From assembly GCA_036172245.1 (NCBI GenBank), contig JAYWIR010000028.1:620001-684000 (forward strand): a stretch of 64,000 nucleotides of DNA, written 5' to 3'. The stretch's first letter is position 1. The number at the start of each line of letters is the position of its first letter. Under the pieces are notes generated by a model. The model did not search any database. It saw nothing but the letters and a program-made list of their open reading frames with translations, and was not told the origin of the DNA. Of the stretch, positions 63,001 to 64,000 are shown piece after piece. The translations under genes and the position numbers were made by a program. This stretch comes from Raillietiella orientalis (lineage: Eukaryota).

Positions 63001-63243
63001 TGCTGTAGGGAGGGGCGCCACATGCCTCCGATGAAAAAAACCTACCTTGGTCAAGGGAAAGCCACGATGAGCGCCAGGGGCTGCTATGGCATATCGAGCT
63101 GCCTCGCCAGCAGCGATCTCCCGAGGTTGGCGGACTTGCTGTCCGTTCGTGCCATTTGTCTTTCCCCCATGCGCGGTGAGACAGGAAGGAAGGGCAAAAA
63201 ACACCTTGCGGGTGCTGTCAGAGATGGGAAGAGACTCTGCCAC
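60083..63243 (-). mobile_element. Tx1-like element remnant: ORF1 (RRM-like plus zinc knuckles) joined directly to the post-RT part of ORF2
   Basis: ORF1: VVVHLRGL..VLRHLKGY..GQFPGYEGLSSG..LPCRMEIGG..FPRKPRLC..KCPEITCHRCGPKNYMKFVCP (about 62410-62060), then a K/E/S-rich tail. ORF2: WRAGKSRVQLKELCAPRKGG from about 61200, and LLH*GLPCDARIRHW..RCGERESLSHLLIDC at about 60480-60350. Confidence 0.82.
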
Positions 63244-63327
63244 ATGTTTTAAAACATCTCACATAGCGTTCTCGCCTCTGTTCCGGAAGATACGACACCT
63301 TGGTTGACACCTGGTTGTGTCGGGGTG

Positions 63328-64000
63328 TTTATTTACATAAAAAACAAACATACAAGTCAGTAGCAGGACTCTTGGTCTTGCCACGTTACAAATGTAACCA
63401 TGGAAACCTGCCGAGAATTGGCGCGCAAGCCCGCGAGGTTCGCTACGGCAGCAGAGGGAGAGGGGAAACAAGCAAAAAGGAAATAAAACAAAAAAAATAC
63501 GTACCCCCAAATCGGGAGGGTTCAGGGAGGGATCACCTGGTGCTGGAGCGCGTCCTCTGCATCCTGTGCAGAATGCCGGCAAGTTCCTGTTTCGAGGCTC
63601 CCAGATGGGACAATATTGGAGCTGTTCTCATGGAGAGGACAGCAAAATAGGTGGCATCCCTGCCGTTCTGGCCTCCTCTTGCGTTGCTCCGTGCAGCTGC
63701 GATGCCGCATAGTGTTGCTAGGAATGTGGCCTGCTGGCGTGAGGGCATCGTGAAGGAAGAGACGCTTCAGAAGGTCTCTGGGGTTGCCGCCGGGGGTTCG
63801 AAGGATGGAGGCAAGGCGTCCCCAAAGAGGCTGGAGGGCAACACGATACCATAGTGGACAGCACTGAGAAGCAACCGCCTGATATTACGGAGTTCCTGAT
63901 GGAGAGCGAGCCTCTCGAGGCTGGAAATACTAGCACTTCCGGACTTGGTGCTCAAGAGGGATAACTAGGCGGGCGTCATGGTGAGTTGTCCGGCTACAAT
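63328..64000 (-). mobile_element. 3' end of another Tx1-like copy, head-to-tail upstream of the 60083-63243 element
   Basis: 63578-63730 aligns with 60083-60245. Translation GIAAARSNARGG..KQELAGILHRM matches GIVAAWSG..RQDLVGILQRM at about 58440-58590. T-rich UTR and AATAAA at 63328-63333. Confidence 0.8.

Overview
Eukaryotic genomic DNA, very probably from an arthropod, judged by a Tramtrack-type BTB domain. Two protein-coding genes are well supported, both on the minus strand. The first is the histone H4K20 monomethyltransferase SET8/PR-Set7/KMT5A (coding exons 7004-7237, 6772-6962, 6516-6729), with unusually short 41- and 42-nt introns. The second is a Ttk-type BTB plus five-zinc-finger transcription factor (coding exons 34334-34960, 34180-34239, 33862-34137, 33330-33749; about 460 aa). 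The last 10 kb (about 54.2-64 kb) is a nest of at least five diverged, rearranged fragments of one L1/Tx1-like non-LTR retrotransposon family. A 0.6-0.8 kb repeat with a tRNA-like (Pol III A/B box) head and an internal array of about 40-nt units rich in C-UUCG-G-type hairpins occurs three times; two copies start immediately after the AATAAAC that ends a Tx1-like 3' UTR. Also present are a foldback/MITE-like inverted repeat, a 140-bp direct repeat, a near-perfect hairpin, many decayed LINE remnants and two tentative GC-rich orphan gene models. All alignments and translations were done by eye; no database search was run.
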